Assembly (NCBI GenBank): GCA_048213135.1
Contig: PS015009.1
Span: 1,364,001-1,428,000, forward strand
Origin: Reclinomonas americana ATCC 50394
Lineage: Eukaryota
Length of the DNA: 64,000 nt
Direction: 5' to 3'
A program made the position numbers and the translations under genes. Positions 10,458 to 21,042 of the stretch are shown piece after piece. Each line of letters starts with the position of its first letter. The stretch's first letter is position 1. Below the pieces are notes generated by a model. That model searched no databases, was not told where the DNA came from, and saw only the letters and a list, made by a program, of their open reading frames with translations.

Positions 10458-10489
10458 ATTTTTTTTATTTAAGATGAACGAATGTAGAT

Positions 10490-11554
10490 TTGTTTATGAA
10501 AATTTACAAAATATCTTTTTTATCCAATAACATCCGGAGCCTCATTTTGTTCTTTTTCTTTCCGGCCCTGCTGCAGTCCTGTTCCAATAAAAATTATTCT
10601 TCTCAATCGCAATACCAGTTCACCAATACAACAGCTGTACCCGATTACAGCCGTTTGCAGTATTGGGCAGCTCATCCGTGGAAAAAAGACCCGTCAGACA
10701 GTATACCCGCCCCGTTAAGAAATGGTCATGTGGCAGACAGTACAGTTGATGTGTTTTTTATTCATCCTACTACCCTCACTTCAAAAAATGATAACCGCTG
10801 GAATGCCGACATCAACGATGCCAAACTGAATGCCGAAACTGATTACTCCACCATATTATACCAGGCCAGTGTATTTAATGAGGATTGCCGCGTATTCGCT
10901 CCCCGTTACCGGCAGGCCAATCTCAAAGCTTTTTTTATTGAAGACAGTATAGCCGCTCCATATTTTGACATCGCGTACGAGGATGTGAAAAACGCGTTTG
11001 AATATTACCTGTCACATTACAATAGCGGAAGACCAATTATTATAGCTTCACACAGTCAGGGTACCCGGCATGCCGCCCGCCTGCTTAAGGAATATTTCGA
11101 GAACAAACTTTTATACAACAAACTGGTATGTGCCTATATTATTGGTATGCCCGTACCGGAAAATTATTTAACAGGTATTCCTGTTTGTGATGATCCCAAT
11201 AAAACCGGTTGCATCGTCAGCTGGCGTACTTTTAAATCGGGGTACGAAGGCCCGGATTATGTAACGAAAGAAAAAAATAAGATCGTAGTGGTGAACCCGC
11301 TTACCTGGACGACAACGGAAGCGTATGCGTCAGAAGATCTGAATAAAGGAGGTGTGCTTCGCCGCTTCAACCGGGTAATACCGGGAGTGGTATCCGCCCA
11401 GGTACATGGTAATATTCTCTGGACGAGTAAACCTGATATGCCGGGAAAAATACTACTGGTGCAAAAGAATTATCACATTGGTGATATCAACCTGTTTTAT
11501 GTCAACATCAGGGAAAATGTAAAAGCCCGTATCGCTGCTTTCTGGAAAAGATAA
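10490..11554 (+). CDS. DUF3089-like alpha/beta-hydrolase lipoprotein
   Basis: lipobox LLQSC; DVFFIHPTT, APRYRQ, SHSQG nucleophile motif, YHIGD. Confidence 0.8.
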   Translation: MFMKIYKISFLSNNIRSLILFFFFPALLQSCSNKNYSSQSQYQFTNTTAVPDYSRLQYWAAHPWKKDPSDSIPAPLRNGHVADSTVDVFFIHPTTLTSKNDNRWNADINDAKLNAETDYSTILYQASVFNEDCRVFAPRYRQANLKAFFIEDSIAAPYFDIAYEDVKNAFEYYLSHYNSGRPIIIASHSQGTRHAARLLKEYFENKLLYNKLVCAYIIGMPVPENYLTGIPVCDDPNKTGCIVSWRTFKSGYEGPDYVTKEKNKIVVVNPLTWTTTEAYASEDLNKGGVLRRFNRVIPGVVSAQVHGNILWTSKPDMPGKILLVQKNYHIGDINLFYVNIRENVKARIAAFWKR

Positions 11555-11556
11555 AA

Positions 11557-12102
11557 TTACTTTCCGTGGGCCATCACAAAACTGTTGTTCGTGATCTGCT
11601 GACCGAGTTGCCAGAAACGGATACTGTCTGTTCCCTTGCGGCTGGTACTTTCCAGTGTAACTTTCATCCAGCCCTGGTCAGAGAATTTATCCCATTTTTT
11701 ATTCTTGTAGCGATATTGTGTAATGCGATAGTAAGTACTGTCGATGGTATAATTACCCGCCATCTCAATTTGTAACTTGCGGGTATTGGCCGGCGTATCT
11801 TTTCCTAATTCACTGAGCGGTTTATAAAAAAGTATGCCGGGGTGGTCTTCATCATCCAGGTAATTGAATGAACGGATATCCAGTTGGTTGTCTTTGTAAA
11901 ATGTGGCCTTGTAGTTGATGTTCTTCTCCAGTATTTTTTTTACCGTATCAATACTGTTCACGATCTCCACGTAGCAGGTATTCGATACATTCATTTTTTT
12001 ATCCTTATTACTATTGCTGCCTGTGCAACTGCTCAGCAGAATAGCTAAAAAAAAGACAGCCGGTAAAGGCATCCGTGAATGTGTTACTTTTTTATAATCC
12101 AT
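11557..12102 (-). CDS. hypothetical lipoprotein (start uncertain, 12072 or 12102)
   Basis: hydrophobic stretch ending LLSSC; follows nadA on same strand. Confidence 0.6.
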   Translation of the reverse strand: MDYKKVTHSRMPLPAVFFLAILLSSCTGSNSNKDKKMNVSNTCYVEIVNSIDTVKKILEKNINYKATFYKDNQLDIRSFNYLDDEDHPGILFYKPLSELGKDTPANTRKLQIEMAGNYTIDSTYYRITQYRYKNKKWDKFSDQGWMKVTLESTSRKGTDSIRFWQLGQQITNNSFVMAHGK

Positions 12103-13096
12103 AACGAGCGCTGATTTCAAGCATTTTATCGATGGGTTTCCGTGCAGCCAGTCTCAACTCTTCTTCCATCTGTAATTCAGGGGTTTCGTATTCCAGGCAC
12201 AAATATAACTTCTCCAGTGTATTCAGTTTCATGTGCGGGCAATCGTTACAGGCGCAGCTGTTATTAGGCGGTGCCGGGATGAAGGTTTTGCCGGGATTAC
12301 TTTTCTGCATCTGGTGAAGGATGCCTGTTTCCGTTACCACGATAAATTCTTTGGCATCATCCTTTGTAGCGAAGTTGAGCAGACCGGTGGTACTGCCAAT
12401 ATAATCAGCCAGTGCCAGTACCGGTGTTTCACATTCCGGGTGGGCGATCACTTTGGCCTGGGGATGGCGGATCTTCAGTTTGGTGATCTTTTCCACACTG
12501 AAAATTTCATGCACCATACAGGCACCGTTCCACAGCAGCATATTACGACCCGTCTTTTTGTTGATATAAGCCCCAAGGTTCTTGTCAGGTGCAAAAATGA
12601 TAGGTTGATCAGCCGGAAGACTTTCCACGATTTTTTCGGCATTAGAAGACGTACAGATGATATCGCTGAGCGCCTTCATACCTGCAGAGCAGTTGATGTA
12701 GGTGATCACCATATGATCGGGGTGTTTATCCCGGAACATTTTAAACAGTGCCGGCGGTGCGGAGTCGCTCAGTGAACAACCGGCTTTCAGGTCGGGCAGC
12801 AATACCTTTTTGGAAGGGTTCAGTATTTTGGCGGTTTCGGCCATAAAGTGAACACCGGCAAAAACAATAACGTCCGCATCAGTCTGTGCCGCCTTTTGGG
12901 CAAGGCCCAGGCTGTCGCCAATATAATCCGCCACATCCTGTATATCGGGCTCCTGGTAATAGTGCGCCAGGATGATCGCATTCTTTTCTTTTTTCAGTCT
13001 TTCAATTTCCGCGAAAAGATCCAGGCTGGGATCAATGTCAATATCCAGGAAGCCGGCGGCCTCAACGTGCTGTTTTGCCCTGTTAATATCTGCCAT
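12092..13096 (-). CDS. nadA: quinolinate synthase
   Basis: [38 protein letters not shown]. Confidence 0.97.
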   Translation of the reverse strand: MADINRAKQHVEAAGFLDIDIDPSLDLFAEIERLKKEKNAIILAHYYQEPDIQDVADYIGDSLGLAQKAAQTDADVIVFAGVHFMAETAKILNPSKKVLLPDLKAGCSLSDSAPPALFKMFRDKHPDHMVITYINCSAGMKALSDIICTSSNAEKIVESLPADQPIIFAPDKNLGAYINKKTGRNMLLWNGACMVHEIFSVEKITKLKIRHPQAKVIAHPECETPVLALADYIGSTTGLLNFATKDDAKEFIVVTETGILHQMQKSNPGKTFIPAPPNNSCACNDCPHMKLNTLEKLYLCLEYETPELQMEEELRLAARKPIDKMLEISARYGL

Positions 13097-13099
13097 AAT

Positions 13100-13520
13100 A
13101 ACTATTAATACTATTTATTTAAATAATCACCTATTACTATTAGGGGTGTGAATATGTGGAAAGAACAGGTGAATGTTATTTGCAAAATTAAAACCTTTAG
13201 CTTATTCACCTTCATCCACAAATAATTAACATCCAAATATTTGAATAGGTTCTGTTTTATCCTTTATCAACAGTGATTACAGCCACAGCTGCCTAATAAT
13301 TATGAACACCTGTTGATAATACCGGACGGGGAAACATTATTAAGCAATTGTTACGTACCCCCTGTGGACGAACCGGGGTATAAAATTGAATTATACACCC
13401 AACCCTCCCGGGCAACCCGCCCATGTGATAATCTGTTACCATTTTACCCCGGCTTTCCGGGCCCGGAAACGCGGTTTTTCAACAGCCAATTACCGTTATC
13501 CACATACCCGTGTTAAGAAC
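13100..13520. other. probable chromosomal replication origin (oriC)
   Basis: perfect DnaA box TTATCCACA 13496-13504; near-consensus boxes at 13147-13155, 13155-13163, 13202-13210, 13212-13220, 13264-13272, 13311-13319; DnaA-trio-like run 13131-13142; AT-rich tract 13097-13130. Confidence 0.8.
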
Positions 13521-13690
13521 CGCTGCGATCCTTTACCAGCGTAACAAATGAGGCTTTTTATTAAAATATGCCGGGGAAAGGCCTGTAAAACCCAGCGAAT
13601 ACGCAATTTTTGCCGGTTTTTCCGTTGGGTAATGTAATGGATTCACCCGGTTTCCCCTATTTTTGCCGTCCATTTTAACTCAAATCAGAT

Positions 13691-15856
13691 ATGCAAATTA
13701 TCCAGAGTATTCGTGAAAAAGGCGCTGCAATAGTAATTGTGGTTATTGCGCTTAGCTTAATCGGCTTTATATTAATGGATGCCAAACAAGGTACAGGAAG
13801 AATGTTTGGCTCCCGCTCCTCTACAATCGGCAAAGTGGATGGCCGTTCTATAGAAGTGGATGAGTTCAACAAAAAAGTGCAAATGCAGGAACTGCAGGAG
13901 CAGCAACGCAACGGCGGACAAAAACCTACCGGTGCCCAGGCCGCCCAGATCAGGGAACAGGTTTGGAACCAGCTGGTTGCCGAAAACGTATTTTATGCCG
14001 AAGCGGATAAACTGGGTATCAACTTTACCGCCAAGGAATTGTCTGCTGTTCTTTCTTCAGATGATCCGGGCAACCCGCTCACCCAGGATAAAAATATGCT
14101 GGACCCTATGAGTGGTAAATTGGACCAGGCTAAAGTAGCCCAGGCACTTAATAATATTAAGAAACTGAAAGGAGAAGAAAAAGATTATGTAAACGCACAG
14201 GTGATAGAACCACAAAAACTCACCAGTATTTCTCAAAAATATTTCGCCCTGCTCAACGCCAGTGCTTACTATCCTTCCTGGATGGAAGAGAAAGACAATA
14301 AAGATAATGAGCAGTTCGCCACCATTTCTTATGTTAATATAGGATTTGGTGTAATCAGCGACAGCGCTGTTACCGTTTCTGATGCGGAAATTAGCGCTTA
14401 TGTTCAAAAACACAAATCGCTTTTCAAACAGGAAGCAGGCCGTACCATTTCTTATGTTACATTCAGCCAGCAGGCAGATGCCAGCGACAGCGCCCGCACC
14501 CTGGAAGCTGTAGCCTCCCTGAAAGAAAGCTTCAGCACAGAAACCAATACCCGTGCCTTCCTGGCCAGGAACAGTTCCGCGGTGGAATTTGACACCAACT
14601 ACCTGCCCAAATCAAGGATCAGGAGCACAATGGTGGATACACTTATCAAACAACCAACAGGCGTTGTATTCGGCCCCTATTTAGATGGCGCCAATTTTGC
14701 ACTGGCCAAAGTACTGGGTACCAAATCAATGCCCGACAGTGTTAAAGCCAGGCACATACTCGTTTCCGTAAGCGACCCGCAAAGTGGTCAGCAGATACTG
14801 CCCGACAGTACAGCTAAGAAAACTGCCGACAGCATCCTGAACGCGATTAAAGGCGGTGCCGATTTTGCAGCACTCGCTCAAAAATATAATACCGATGCCA
14901 CCAAAGAAAAAGGCGGCGACCTGGGTACTTTCGGTTATGGCGCCATGGTGCCTGAGTTCAACGATTTCTGCTTTAACAAACCTGTTGGCAGCCGCGACAT
15001 TGTAAGAACACAATTCGGCTACCATATAGTAGAGGTAGTGAGCCAGAAAGGTTCTTCACCCGCTTATAAAGTTGCCATCATGGCCAGGGAGATCCAACCC
15101 AGCGATGCCACCATCAACAAAGCCAACCTGGAAGCAACCAAACTGTCTGCCGAAAAAGATCCCAAATCTTTCGACGCTTATGTAGCTAAAGCCGGTCTTA
15201 AAAAAATCACCTCTTCTATCCTTATCAAAGAAAACGACGCGTCCATCGGCGATAAAACCATGACCATGATGGGACAAAGTCCTGCCATCTTCCAGGATGC
15301 CCGTGCCCTGGTACGCTGGTTGTATGAAGCTAAAAAAGGAGACGTGAGCGAACCTTTCAACATCGACCAGCAATTTGTGGTAGCTGTTGCAGACAATATT
15401 TATAAAGAAGGAACACAGGATGTTAAAACAGCAAGGCCAATGGCTGAAGCCGCAGTGCGCAACGAAAAGAAAACTGCCGAGATACTGAAAAAGCTGGGTA
15501 CTGCTCCTACACTGGAAGCCGCCGCCGCCGCTTACAACAAAACCGTACAAACAGCCGGTGAAGATTCCAGCATTACTTTCAATGCGCAGATCATCAACGG
15601 CATTGGCCCCGAACCCCTGCTGATAGGCGCCAGCTTCAATAAAGACTACCAGTCTAAAGTATCTGCCCCAATTGTAGGTAAACAGGGAATTTATGTGATC
15701 AAAGTGAACGGTATTTCACCCAAAACCGTACCGGCCGATCAACTGGCGCAGCAACGCACCACCAGGATCACCGCCCTAAAAAATCACCTGAATGCCTGGT
15801 TCAACGGCCTGAAAGAACAAGCCACCATTAAAGACAAACGTTCCGAATTCTTCTGA
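13691..15856 (+). CDS. PpiD/SurA-like membrane-anchored peptidyl-prolyl isomerase
   Basis: N-terminal TM anchor; parvulin motifs VKARHIL, GGDLG, TQFGYHIVEV. Confidence 0.9.
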   Translation: MQIIQSIREKGAAIVIVVIALSLIGFILMDAKQGTGRMFGSRSSTIGKVDGRSIEVDEFNKKVQMQELQEQQRNGGQKPTGAQAAQIREQVWNQLVAENVFYAEADKLGINFTAKELSAVLSSDDPGNPLTQDKNMLDPMSGKLDQAKVAQALNNIKKLKGEEKDYVNAQVIEPQKLTSISQKYFALLNASAYYPSWMEEKDNKDNEQFATISYVNIGFGVISDSAVTVSDAEISAYVQKHKSLFKQEAGRTISYVTFSQQADASDSARTLEAVASLKESFSTETNTRAFLARNSSAVEFDTNYLPKSRIRSTMVDTLIKQPTGVVFGPYLDGANFALAKVLGTKSMPDSVKARHILVSVSDPQSGQQILPDSTAKKTADSILNAIKGGADFAALAQKYNTDATKEKGGDLGTFGYGAMVPEFNDFCFNKPVGSRDIVRTQFGYHIVEVVSQKGSSPAYKVAIMAREIQPSDATINKANLEATKLSAEKDPKSFDAYVAKAGLKKITSSILIKENDASIGDKTMTMMGQSPAIFQDARALVRWLYEAKKGDVSEPFNIDQQFVVAVADNIYKEGTQDVKTARPMAEAAVRNEKKTAEILKKLGTAPTLEAAAAAYNKTVQTAGEDSSITFNAQIINGIGPEPLLIGASFNKDYQSKVSAPIVGKQGIYVIKVNGISPKTVPADQLAQQRTTRITALKNHLNAWFNGLKEQATIKDKRSEFF

Positions 15857-15875
15857 TCGGATCAATAATAAAGAG

Positions 15876-15901
15876 AAGCCCGGCCCGCAGCCGGGTTTTT
15901 T
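15876..15901 (+). terminator. intrinsic terminator
   Basis: aagcccggc-ccgca-gccgggtttttt. Confidence 0.75.
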
Positions 15902-15972
15902 CTTGCCCCGATTTTCCGCTTTTCGCCAATTATGACCGGGCGGCAGGCCCGAATATTGATTAATTTTGCAGT

Positions 15973-16497
15973 ATGAGTGAAGAGATCATCAACAGGGTAT
16001 CGGAAAGCCTGCTTACCACCATTGACCTGGAGACTTACTATCCGTCCGGGGAAACGGCTGTTTTTGATATGAAGGATCACCTCTTTATGGGCCTGATCCT
16101 GAAAGAGAAAGATTTCAGGGAAGCACTGAAGCAACTGGATTTTTCCGTTTACCAGGATAAAAACGTTGCGCTGACCTGTTCTGCCGATGCCATTATACCC
16201 ATGTGGGCTTATATGCTGGCGGCCAGTTACCTGCAACCCGTCGCGAAGAACGTGATTTTTGGTAACGAGGATTTCCTGCACAAAACACTCTTCCTGCAAA
16301 ACCTTTCACAGATAGATCCTGAAGTGTACCGCGATAAAAGAGTGGTGATAAAAGGATGCGGCGATCTGCCCATTTCTGAAAGCGCTTACGTGGAAATTAC
16401 CCGCCTGCTCAGGCCGGTGGTAAAAAGCATCATGTACGGAGAACCCTGCAGTACGGTACCCATTTACAAACAACCACCTGCGCCCCGTCAGGTTTAG
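15973..16497 (+). CDS. DUF2480 family protein
   Basis: EIINRV, ILKEKDFR, CSADAIIPMWAYML, VVIKGC, SIMYGEPCSTVP. Confidence 0.85.
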   Translation: MSEEIINRVSESLLTTIDLETYYPSGETAVFDMKDHLFMGLILKEKDFREALKQLDFSVYQDKNVALTCSADAIIPMWAYMLAASYLQPVAKNVIFGNEDFLHKTLFLQNLSQIDPEVYRDKRVVIKGCGDLPISESAYVEITRLLRPVVKSIMYGEPCSTVPIYKQPPAPRQV

Positions 16498-17585
16498 AAC
16501 CAGCCGCGTTTGCGGAACATCCTGATCATCATAATGGGAATGAACAGCATGAGGCCTACTGAAATAAAGAAGCCCCATTTGTTGTGCAACAGGGGTATGG
16601 TTTCGAAGTTCATACCAAAAATACCACCGATCACCGTGGCCGGCGCCAGCAGGCAGGTAACCACTGCCATCACTTTCATTACCTCGTTCATTTTCAGGTT
16701 CACATTGCTGAGGTAAAGGTCATTTAAGTTCATCATCATATCGCGGTAGTTCTCTGCCAGGTCATTGGCCTGCACAATATGATCATAAATATCCTTGAAA
16801 TATTTTTCAGTTCGTTCCTCAATCAGTTCGCTCTCGCTGCGCAATATACCATTGATCATTTCACGAACAGGAGCCACACTCCTTTTCAGGATGATCATTT
16901 CTTTACGCAGCATATTGATCTTGGCCAGGCTGCGGGTATTGGCATTCCGGGCAATGTCTTCTTCCAGCGTCTCAATCTTTTCTCCCAGTTTTTCCATCAC
17001 CACATAATAATTGTCCACAATCATATCAAGCAGGGAATAGAAGAGGAAGTCGGCTTTATTTTGACGGATCTTTGACCCGGCGAGTTTTAATTTTTCACGG
17101 AGCGGATTGAACACATCGCGGTCGGGGTCTTCCTGGAAACTGATGACAAAGTTTTTGCCCAGCACAATACTGATCTGCTCCGTTTCCACCGCCGATTCTT
17201 TTTCATTGAAGTAAAGCATGTTCAACAGGCAGAACAGCAGGTCGTTGATCTCATCCATTTTGGGGCGCTGGCCCAGGCTAAGTATATCTTCCGTAATAAG
17301 GTTGTGAATACCGTAATGATTGCAAATGGCTTCCACATCTGCTTTGCGCAGCCCGTCAACATTAATCCAGCTTACCGACGGGCTGTCGATAAAGGGAAAA
17401 CACTCCGGTACCGACTGCAATTCCCGGGTTTCCAGCTTCTCAATGTTGTAATCATATACAATGATCTTCACTGTTTCCGGTTCGGGCCTCGGTGCTGTAA
17501 CGGTAGGATTTACCTGCAGTACTTTTTTGGTACGCAATATCTGTAACGGGTCGAGCAGGTAACTGAAAATGCTGCGTACTTGCAT
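16494..17585 (-). CDS. corA: magnesium/cobalt transporter CorA
   Basis: QRPK motif, NEVMKV, GMN signature (GIFGMNF), two C-terminal TMs. Confidence 0.95.
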   Translation of the reverse strand: MQVRSIFSYLLDPLQILRTKKVLQVNPTVTAPRPEPETVKIIVYDYNIEKLETRELQSVPECFPFIDSPSVSWINVDGLRKADVEAICNHYGIHNLITEDILSLGQRPKMDEINDLLFCLLNMLYFNEKESAVETEQISIVLGKNFVISFQEDPDRDVFNPLREKLKLAGSKIRQNKADFLFYSLLDMIVDNYYVVMEKLGEKIETLEEDIARNANTRSLAKINMLRKEMIILKRSVAPVREMINGILRSESELIEERTEKYFKDIYDHIVQANDLAENYRDMMMNLNDLYLSNVNLKMNEVMKVMAVVTCLLAPATVIGGIFGMNFETIPLLHNKWGFFISVGLMLFIPIMMIRMFRKRGWF

Positions 17586-17762
17586 AAATTGAATTTGTAG
17601 CGAATGAAATTAAGGAAATGTTTGGTTAATGAGAAAATGTGCGAATGTACAGATGTGAAAATTTTTAATTTTTGTCTACGGTAAATATTGACTGAAAAGA
17701 ACAGGATTTCAAATACAGGTACAATTGGCTAATTGTTACATCTTCAAATCAGCTCATTGGCA

Positions 17763-18563
17763 TTACCAGCTTCCGCTGGCGCCACCACCGCCAAACTTAC
17801 CGCCCCCATAGCCTTCAAAGCTGTCGTTGCTGCTGCCGGAGCTTGAAGAAGACTCAGAATTGGTTTTGGGTTCATCATCATTGGCAGCAGGTGTGTAAGA
17901 ATAATCATAATCCCGCCGCCTGCTTTTAATTTTCTTACCCGATATCTTTTCATACAACCAGCGAATGAGCAGGGGTATGCCAATGAATGCGCCATTAATA
18001 CCAACAATAAGCAGCAATATGATCAGCCACCGGGGCATTCCCTTACTGCTACTGCCATATGAACCGGATGAAGTATACTTGCCCCGGGTGGCGTCAATAA
18101 TGGCAGTGGTAGCTTTATCGAACCCGGAATAATACAGTCCCTGTTTAAAATCGGGCGCCATTTCATTAGCAATGATCTCCTGGCAGGTTACATCGGGCAA
18201 TGCCCCTTCTAACCCGTACCCGGTAGAAATATTGGCTTTGCGGTCGGATATGGCCACAACCAGCAACACACCGTTGTTTTTTCCTTTACGGCCAACCTCC
18301 CATTTGTTGCCAATGGCGATGGCGTAATCGGCAATATCGGCCCCATGCAGGCTGTCGACAGTTACAATACATATTTGTGTGGAGCTTTCTTTGTCAAAGG
18401 CTACCAGCTTATCTTCCAGCCACTGTGTTTCGGAATAGGAAAGCGCTTGGGCAAAATCGTTTACCAGTTTGGGGGGCGACTGTGGTTCGGGCACGGACAG
18501 CGTTTGCGCCGCAACCCATACGGGCAACAGGAAGAGGATGTATACCAGTAAGGCTTTCTTCAT
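17763..18563 (-). CDS. TPM domain-containing protein
   Basis: LVNDFA, NNGVLLVVA, TGYGLEGALPD, Gly/Ser tail FGGGGASGSW. Confidence 0.9.
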   Translation of the reverse strand: MKKALLVYILFLLPVWVAAQTLSVPEPQSPPKLVNDFAQALSYSETQWLEDKLVAFDKESSTQICIVTVDSLHGADIADYAIAIGNKWEVGRKGKNNGVLLVVAISDRKANISTGYGLEGALPDVTCQEIIANEMAPDFKQGLYYSGFDKATTAIIDATRGKYTSSGSYGSSSKGMPRWLIILLLIVGINGAFIGIPLLIRWLYEKISGKKIKSRRRDYDYSYTPAANDDEPKTNSESSSSSGSSNDSFEGYGGGKFGGGGASGSW

Positions 18564-18746
18564 TGGATGAAATGAGAAAGTAAAATACAAAACCCGGGAT
18601 TAATATGAAAATGCTGGTACCGACAAAATGATAAAGCCGGGTTTCCATAGTCTGTTGCCTGAGGTTTACCGCAAAGTAACTAAGAACGCAGAGGCTACGC
18701 GAAGAGATGTTCCGGCGGGGTCTTGTTCCAAAGACCCCGGTGTATA

Positions 18747-20012
18747 TCAACTCCTGGTTTCTTTTCTTTTGGCGTGAAATCCTTTTTTATTGTTGTTACC
18801 AAATCCGCGTGACCGCTTTTTTTGCTGTTGTTGCGGAGGTTTGGGTGCGGCAACCGGTTGTGCCAGTTCTTCGGCAGTAGGAAGAAAAGGATGCTCGGGT
18901 ATAACGGGTACCGTTTTGTTAATCAGCTTCTGAATATCTTTCAGCAGCGGCATTTCTTCCGGATCACAAAAAGCAATGGCCTTGCCTGTTTTACCCGCCC
19001 TGCCTGTACGACCAATGCGGTGTACATAGGTTTCCGGCACTTCGGGAAGATCATAATTGAATACATGCGACAGTTCGTCGATGTCGATACCCCTGGCCGC
19101 GATATCCGTTGCAACGAGTGCTCTTATGGACCCGTTTTTGAAATTGCCCAATGCATTCTGGCGGGCATTCTGCGATTTGTTGCCATGAATGGCCGCAGCG
19201 GTGATATTGGCTTTTTGCAACAGCCGCACTACTTTATCGGCCCCGTGCTTGGTACGTGTAAATACCAGCGCGGTGGCAATAGACGGATCCTTAAGCAGGT
19301 GGATAAGCAATTGTGGTTTGCTTTTTTTCGAAACGAAATATAATACCTGGTCAATAGACTCCGCGGTGGAGGAAACAGGCGTCACTTCCACTTTGGCCGG
19401 TTTGGTGAGGAGTACATCCGCCAGTTTTTGTATTTCAGGCGGCATGGTAGCTGAGAAAAATAAGGTTTGTCTTTTAGCCGGCAGTTTGGTGATCACGCGT
19501 TTTACATCGTGAATAAAACCCATGTCGAGCATACGGTCGGCCTCGTCAAGTACAAATATCTCGAGATATTTCAGGTCAATAAATCCCTGGGAAATAAGAT
19601 CAAGCAGGCGGCCGGGTGTTGCCACCAGTACTTCCACACCACGGCGCAGGGTGTTAACCTGGTTGTGCTGCGAAACACCGCCAAAGATCACGGTATGAGA
19701 AATGCCGGTGTACTTGCCATAAGCGGCAAAACTTTCGTCTATCTGTATAGCCAGTTCACGTGTGGGTGTAAGGATCAGCGCTCTTATGGGAGCGGGACCA
19801 CGGCGGTCGGGCCGGCTGGCGCTCAGCAATTGCAGCATAGGAATAGCAAAGGCCGCGGTTTTGCCGGTGCCGGTTTGGGCGCAACCCAGCAGGTCGCTGC
19901 CTTCAAGTATATGCGGAATGGCCTGGGCCTGTATGGGCGTAGGTTGTGTGTAGCCTTCTTCCTGAAGGGCTTTGAGGATCGGGTCGATCAGTTCTAACTT
20001 CTTGAATGCCAT
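18747..20012 (-). CDS. DEAD-box RNA helicase (RhlE-like)
   Basis: [36 protein letters not shown]. Confidence 0.95.
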   Translation of the reverse strand: MAFKKLELIDPILKALQEEGYTQPTPIQAQAIPHILEGSDLLGCAQTGTGKTAAFAIPMLQLLSASRPDRRGPAPIRALILTPTRELAIQIDESFAAYGKYTGISHTVIFGGVSQHNQVNTLRRGVEVLVATPGRLLDLISQGFIDLKYLEIFVLDEADRMLDMGFIHDVKRVITKLPAKRQTLFFSATMPPEIQKLADVLLTKPAKVEVTPVSSTAESIDQVLYFVSKKSKPQLLIHLLKDPSIATALVFTRTKHGADKVVRLLQKANITAAAIHGNKSQNARQNALGNFKNGSIRALVATDIAARGIDIDELSHVFNYDLPEVPETYVHRIGRTGRAGKTGKAIAFCDPEEMPLLKDIQKLINKTVPVIPEHPFLPTAEELAQPVAAPKPPQQQQKKRSRGFGNNNKKGFHAKRKETRS

Positions 20013-20195
20013 TTGAAAATGGTTGTGTAAATGCTGGCCAGATGTTGTAAAGTTCTAAATCACAGCGGGAAAAATCTACTCAAAGGCTTACAACAGCCTG
20101 GTTAATTTGAGGTAGCAGAAACACAAAGGTAGGCTTTTGTTTGTTAATGGTTCCGGGACGGCTGTTTACCATCTATTATTCACTACTTTCGTTGC

Positions 20196-20990
20196 ATGTC
20201 GTCCCTTACACTCACTTTTATCCAGGCTAACCTTTCCTGGGAGAATAAAATCGCCAACCTGGACATGCTGGAGCGCAAGATCATGTCCATTGCGGGCAAA
20301 ACAGAGCTGGTGCTTTTACCCGAAATGTTCAGTACCGGTTTCAGTATGCGCCCGGAAATATTCGCAGAACCCATGAGCGGGGAAACCGTGAACTGGATGA
20401 AAAGGGTAAGCCGGGAAAAAAATGTGATCCTTACCGGCAGCGTGATCATTGAAGAGAACGGCAACTATTTCAACCGGCTCATATGGATGCTGCCCAACGG
20501 CGTTCATGGTTATTACGATAAACGTCACCTGTTTGCTTATGCCGGTGAAAATGAGCATTACGAACCGGGCCATAAAAGACTGATCGCTTCTGTAAATGGC
20601 TGGCGGGTAAACCTGCAGGTGTGTTATGACCTTCGTTTCCCGGTGTGGGCACGGCAGCAAATACACGGCAGCCATACAGAATATGACCTGCTCATTTATG
20701 TAGCCAACTGGCCGCAGCGCCGCAGCCATGCCTGGAAAACGCTGTTACAGGCCAGGGCCATAGAGAACCAGTGTTATGTAGCGGGTGTAAACAGGGTGGG
20801 CTACGACGGGAACGATATCTACCACAGCGGCGACAGTATGCTGGTAGACGGACTCGGACAGGTATTGTACCATAAAGCCGATGCCGATGATATACATACC
20901 ATCACCATTCACAAATCAGACCTGGACGATACCCGTTCAAGATTTCCTTTTTGGAAAGACGCGGATGATTTTTCGCTGACGGGATTCTGA
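20196..20990 (+). CDS. nitrilase-family amidohydrolase (YafV/omega-amidase-like)
   Basis: LPEMFSTGF, YDKRHLF, VCYDLRFP, RAIENQCY. Confidence 0.9.
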   Translation: MSSLTLTFIQANLSWENKIANLDMLERKIMSIAGKTELVLLPEMFSTGFSMRPEIFAEPMSGETVNWMKRVSREKNVILTGSVIIEENGNYFNRLIWMLPNGVHGYYDKRHLFAYAGENEHYEPGHKRLIASVNGWRVNLQVCYDLRFPVWARQQIHGSHTEYDLLIYVANWPQRRSHAWKTLLQARAIENQCYVAGVNRVGYDGNDIYHSGDSMLVDGLGQVLYHKADADDIHTITIHKSDLDDTRSRFPFWKDADDFSLTGF

Positions 20991-21042
20991 GGAGGGAGTA
21001 TAAAGTAGTTAGTATTAAATATCAAGAAAGCAGGTGCGTGAG

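Noticed and set aside
13313-13516. 67-aa ORF inside the nadA-ppiD gap
   Set aside because: No recognisable protein features; overlaps the DnaA-box cluster.
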